From Dehalococcoidia bacterium (GTDB lineage: Bacteria; Chloroflexota; Dehalococcoidia; Dehalococcoidales; BS750m-G39): 64,000 nt of DNA. The position numbers were made by a program, and so were the translations under genes. Positions 60,406 through 64,000 of this stretch are shown one piece after another. Numbering within the stretch: the first letter of the stretch is position 1; each line of letters starts with the position of its first letter. The notes beneath the pieces were generated by a model, which saw nothing but the letters and a program-made list of their open reading frames with translations, was not told where the DNA came from and made no database searches. Location: the NCBI GenBank assembly GCA_050123275.1, contig JASFHK010000007.1, positions 659-64,658 on the forward strand, read 5' to 3'.

Positions 60406-61215
60406 TTAACCCCCTTTAGCTTTTGTGGCCGACCCCGACGGGACCGCCTTTTCCAGGGCAATTAAAGCCGCCCCCAGCGCCGTCACGATTTGCGGCTCTT
60501 CGGGCAGCTGGAGCTCGCTGTCCAGACTCTGCTCGATGCTTTTCACCAGCCCGATATCCTTGGCCCCGCCCCCCACCACCGCGCAATCGGGCTCCAGTCC
60601 CACCCTTTCCACCATGGTCTGTATCTTGGCCGCCAGCGTACGGTGCAGGCCGGCCAGTATATCCTCTTTGAGCGCCCCCTCGGCGACGCGGGAGATTGCC
60701 TCCGACTCGGCGAAGACGGCGCAGCCCGTGTTGAAATCAACCCGGTTTTTCGACTTCAGCGACAGCTCGCCGATGTCCTTGAGCTCGACCCGCAGCACCC
60801 TGGCGATTACCTGCAAAAAGCGCCCGCTGCCGGCGGCGCACTTCTCGCTTTGCAAAAAGCCGGTCACCTTCCCCATCTCGTTGACGCGGAAGACCCGCGT
60901 GAACTGCCCGCCGATATCGATTACCGTCCTCACGGCGGGGAAGAGGTGGATTACCCCCCTCCCCTGGCAGGTCAGGTCGTTAACGACCTCGTCGGCCCGG
61001 GCAACGTTATTGGCGCCGTAACCGGTGGCGACGGTGTAACCGATGTCGTCGCGGGAAAGCTTCGCCTTCTCCAGAGCCTGCTCGACCACGGTCTCGGCGG
61101 TAGTCCGGTAGTTTCCCCCCGAGGGCATGACGTGGTAGGAGACGACTCCGTCTCCGGACATTACCACCGCTTTGGAGAAAGCGGAACCGATATCAACTCC
61201 GATTACGTATATCAT
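60406..61215 (-). CDS. acyl-CoA dehydratase/benzoyl-CoA reductase activase, divergent copy
   Basis: GVDIGS, ATGYG, DIGGQF, EKCAAGSGRF, TGCAVFAESE. Confidence 0.85.
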   Translation of the reverse strand: MIYVIGVDIGSAFSKAVVMSGDGVVSYHVMPSGGNYRTTAETVVEQALEKAKLSRDDIGYTVATGYGANNVARADEVVNDLTCQGRGVIHLFPAVRTVIDIGGQFTRVFRVNEMGKVTGFLQSEKCAAGSGRFLQVIARVLRVELKDIGELSLKSKNRVDFNTGCAVFAESEAISRVAEGALKEDILAGLHRTLAAKIQTMVERVGLEPDCAVVGGGAKDIGLVKSIEQSLDSELQLPEEPQIVTALGAALIALEKAVPSGSATKAKGG

Positions 61216-61237
61216 AGCTTTAACTCTATTCCCTATT

Positions 61238-61330
61238 GTCGCCCTGAGTCCTTCGCCTTTCCCACTGTCACCCTGAGCGCAGCGAAGGGCCTCTTGAGAT
61301 TCTTCAGTCGCTACGCTACTTCAGAATGAC
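61238..61330. repeat. GTCA-type palindromic REP-like element
   Basis: GTCACCCTGAGCGCAGCGAAG..GAGATTCTTC..TTCAGAATGAC; shares CTGAGTCCTTCG with 23392. Confidence 0.65.
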
Positions 61331-61338
61331 AATTAATA

Positions 61339-62178
61339 TTATGTAAACAAGGTCGCCTCGGTCAGTCGCCGCTCGGCTCTGTCTAACTTTGTCCCCTTCT
61401 TCTCCGCCTCTTTAACGATATCCCGGCCCAGCATGGCCGCCCCGATGGCGCCGGTAAGCAACGGCTCCGCCGGCACCAGCACCGGGAAACCCAGCTTGGC
61501 TTCCAGCGCCCTGACCAGCCCGATGTTCTTGGCGCCGCCCCCCGTCATCACCACCTCCCGTTCGATTTTGAGCCGCCGCAGCATGCCGTAAACCCGGGTG
61601 GCGATGGACTCATGCAGGCCGGCGATAATATCGGGCAGCGCCGCCCCGTCCGAGAGCTTGCCCACCACTTCCTGAGTGGCGAAGACGGTGCAGATGTTGC
61701 TTATCCTGACGGCGTTCTTCGACTCCAGCGCCAGCTTGCCCAAATCCTCCAGCTCGACGCCCAGCTCCTCGGCGGCGACCTCAAGAAAGCGTCCCGAACC
61801 GGCGGCGCACTTGTCGTTCATAACGAAGTCAACCGCCCGCCCGTCTTTAATCTTTATCCCCTTGCTGTCCTGCCCGCCGATATCGATTACCGTCCGCGCC
61901 TCGGGGAAAAGGTAAGCGATGCCCCGGGCGTGGCAGGAGATTTCGGTTATCTGGCGGTCGGCGAAGGGAACGTTGATGCGGCCGTAGCCGGTGGCCACCA
62001 GGTAGGTTATGGCGTCGAAAGACAGCTTCGCTTTCTTGAGGGCTTCCTCCATGACGCGGTTGGCCAGCTTGCGGTGCTCCGGGCCCGTGGGCCCGATGAC
62101 CGAAGCCAGCACCGAATCGTCCATAATAACCACCTTGGTCATGGTGGAGCCGATGTCGACACCGGCGAAATACTGCAT
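61339..62178 (-). CDS. acyl-CoA dehydratase/benzoyl-CoA reductase activase (HgdC/BzdQ-like)
   Basis: GVDIGSTMTK, TGYGR, EISCHARG, DIGGQDSK, MNDKCAAG, CTVFA. Confidence 0.92.
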   Translation of the reverse strand: MQYFAGVDIGSTMTKVVIMDDSVLASVIGPTGPEHRKLANRVMEEALKKAKLSFDAITYLVATGYGRINVPFADRQITEISCHARGIAYLFPEARTVIDIGGQDSKGIKIKDGRAVDFVMNDKCAAGSGRFLEVAAEELGVELEDLGKLALESKNAVRISNICTVFATQEVVGKLSDGAALPDIIAGLHESIATRVYGMLRRLKIEREVVMTGGGAKNIGLVRALEAKLGFPVLVPAEPLLTGAIGAAMLGRDIVKEAEKKGTKLDRAERRLTEATLFT

Positions 62179-62183
62179 AAAGC

Positions 62184-63524
62184 CTACCTCTTCACCGCCT
62201 CCAGGGTGTCGATGAAGGCGTCTATCCGGGCTTTGGTGTCGGCTTCGTTATAGGAGCTGATGTCGACGATGTCGCTCTCCAGGACCAGGGAAGGAATATC
62301 GCGGTAGACCTTCTTGAGCAGATTCAGCTGCCAGATTAAGCCCGGGTGCCAGCTACGGCAGGAGAAGGCTTCGTGCATGACGATGCCGTCTATCTTGTAG
62401 TCCTCGATGTATTGAATCAGCCTTTCCACGTCGGGGTGAGAGCCGGGGCGCTTCCGGGCCTTATCGTGCCAGTAGGTCCAGAACTTCACCCAGCGCCAGG
62501 CGATATGCTCCAGCGGGTCGCTGATTTTAGACAGGTCGATATCGAAGTTATAAATCGCCTCTACCATACGGTAGGTCGTCTCCACGGGGAAAACGGCGCC
62601 CTTGCTGTTGAAGTAGTTGAAATCGCTTAGAGCGAACCACGACGGCAAGCCCCCGCCCCACAGCAGCCGGTATTTCTCGTCGGGAATTACGCCCTCTTTT
62701 CTGGCTATCTTAGCTTTCAACTCATCGTATAAATCCTTATAATAGTCATAGGCTTCCTGTGTCCCCATCATGAACACCATCGGCACCATGGTATTCATGG
62801 CATCGCCGGTACCCATTGGCGTCGGCACGGCCTTACGCAGCTCGTACGCCTCCCAAATCAAGTTCCACGTCCTATCCGACAGGTCAACCAGTTCGCTCAA
62901 GCGCTCCCAGTCCATCTTCTTACCGGTATGCTTCTCCAGGAATTTGACCAGCCCTTTTAGCTCATCGACGATATACTTCACGTAGTATTCCTGGACATCA
63001 CGATAGTCATAATCATCCTCATAGAGCGGCCAGGGCAAACCCACATCATAGATAGGGACATCGGGCATATAGTGCTGGGCGGCCTGATACCATTTGTTGC
63101 GCGGGTCGCAGAGTATCTGGCCGCTGCCCAGCATCATATCCGGCCTCGCTTGCCCCCCCCAGGGAGCATCGGGAGGCATCTCGCCCAGTTCCTCGCGCCA
63201 GGCGTCGAAGCCCAGACCGCACAAAGCGTAAGTGCACAGCGAGCGCGAGAAATTCTCCGCCTCGGCCCTCTCCAGAAAACGCTGGGCGTCGCGCTTGGCC
63301 CCGCAGATGCCAGCATAGTTCTCGGTCCATATCGGGACAACATCCATAGCCCGAATAATCTCGTCATAACAGCAGACGATAAAGGTATAGGCCAGAGGTT
63401 TTCCTTCCTCCTTGGCTTTCACCGTTCCACCAATAGCCGCCTTGACCATGGGGCCTATCTTGCTGGCCGCCTCGGTGGCCGTCCTTCTCTTTTTTCGCTC
63501 CTCGGGCTTTTTCTCCTCGGTCAT
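62184..63524 (-). CDS. 2-hydroxyacyl-CoA dehydratase/benzoyl-CoA reductase subunit (HgdA/BzdO-like)
   Basis: ENYAG, FSRSLCTY, LCD, IDGIVMH..SCR, LESD, RIDAF. Confidence 0.85.
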   Translation of the reverse strand: MTEEKKPEERKKRRTATEAASKIGPMVKAAIGGTVKAKEEGKPLAYTFIVCCYDEIIRAMDVVPIWTENYAGICGAKRDAQRFLERAEAENFSRSLCTYALCGLGFDAWREELGEMPPDAPWGGQARPDMMLGSGQILCDPRNKWYQAAQHYMPDVPIYDVGLPWPLYEDDYDYRDVQEYYVKYIVDELKGLVKFLEKHTGKKMDWERLSELVDLSDRTWNLIWEAYELRKAVPTPMGTGDAMNTMVPMVFMMGTQEAYDYYKDLYDELKAKIARKEGVIPDEKYRLLWGGGLPSWFALSDFNYFNSKGAVFPVETTYRMVEAIYNFDIDLSKISDPLEHIAWRWVKFWTYWHDKARKRPGSHPDVERLIQYIEDYKIDGIVMHEAFSCRSWHPGLIWQLNLLKKVYRDIPSLVLESDIVDISSYNEADTKARIDAFIDTLEAVKR

Positions 63525-63552
63525 AACCGTTCTCCTTTATCTTCGACTTTTC

Positions 63553-64000
63553 TTAGCCAAGCATTTCCAGGAAAGCCTGGATGCGGGTGCGCAAGCGCCC
63601 GATGGTGGACATGGAGTACTCGTCCTCGAGGTAGAGTACCGGGGTGCCCTTGGCCTCGATATAGCTCTTTATCTGGGGCACCTCGAAGCCGAAGGGGTCG
63701 CAATACTTGTAGATGTAGAGCACCACCCCGTCCGCCTTGAAGTCCTCAATCATGCGCCCCATGTGGCCGAATCTGTCCTCCAGGTATTCCTGATAGCCAC
63801 CCTTTATCTCGCGGTAGGTGCGCCCGCACTTTATCCCGCGCAGGTAGCGCTCGGCCATACCCGACACCGGGTCGGCGGTTACGGGCACCGAGGCCATGAA
63901 CTCCCTGGCGCCGGGACAGAGGTCGTCGGCGACCACCCAGGCACCCGAGTCCTCGACCAGCTTGATAAAGGCGATGTCGTCCACCTGAGCGCCAATCACC
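63553..64000 (-). CDS. 2-hydroxyacyl-CoA dehydratase/benzoyl-CoA reductase subunit (HgdB/BzdN-like), 5' truncated
   Basis: VVADDLC, DGVV..KYCDP, RTRIQAFLE. Confidence 0.85.
   Translation of the reverse strand, partial: VIGAQVDDIAFIKLVEDSGAWVVADDLCPGAREFMASVPVTADPVSGMAERYLRGIKCGRTYREIKGGYQEYLEDRFGHMGRMIEDFKADGVVLYIYKYCDPFGFEVPQIKSYIEAKGTPVLYLEDEYSMSTIGRLRTRIQAFLEMLG

Overview
GC-rich bacterial chromosome segment. Gene content and order (recO-lysS..serS, radC, prfB-nfi, rpsP-khpA-rimM, atp operon, ppsA-dgt-dnaG-rpoD, ffh, sbcC, uvrA, iorAB, glcDF-like, 2-hydroxyacyl-CoA dehydratase/benzoyl-CoA reductase-like genes) suggest an anaerobic Chloroflexota, probably Dehalococcoidia (inference). It holds about 60 CDS, one tRNA-Ser(UGA) and a frameshifted prfB. 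No CRISPR array, integrase or transposase was seen. An accessory region between ffh and sbcC (about 34.5-46.6 kb) carries the strongest novelty candidate: an AT-rich, translationally coupled operon pairing a YejK/NdpA-like nucleoid-associated protein with a stand-alone RelA/SpoT synthetase (candidate toxin or anti-phage module). Other notable patterns: a reused GGACTr-TTGACA-N16-TATAAT promoter and a related terminator-like leader hairpin in front of unrelated orphan genes; a dispersed intergenic repeat with a conserved G-quadruplex motif; an unannotated 35-aa membrane ORF plus two extra genes inside the atp operon; and several apparently leaderless genes. All family calls come from motif recognition by eye; no database searches were run.
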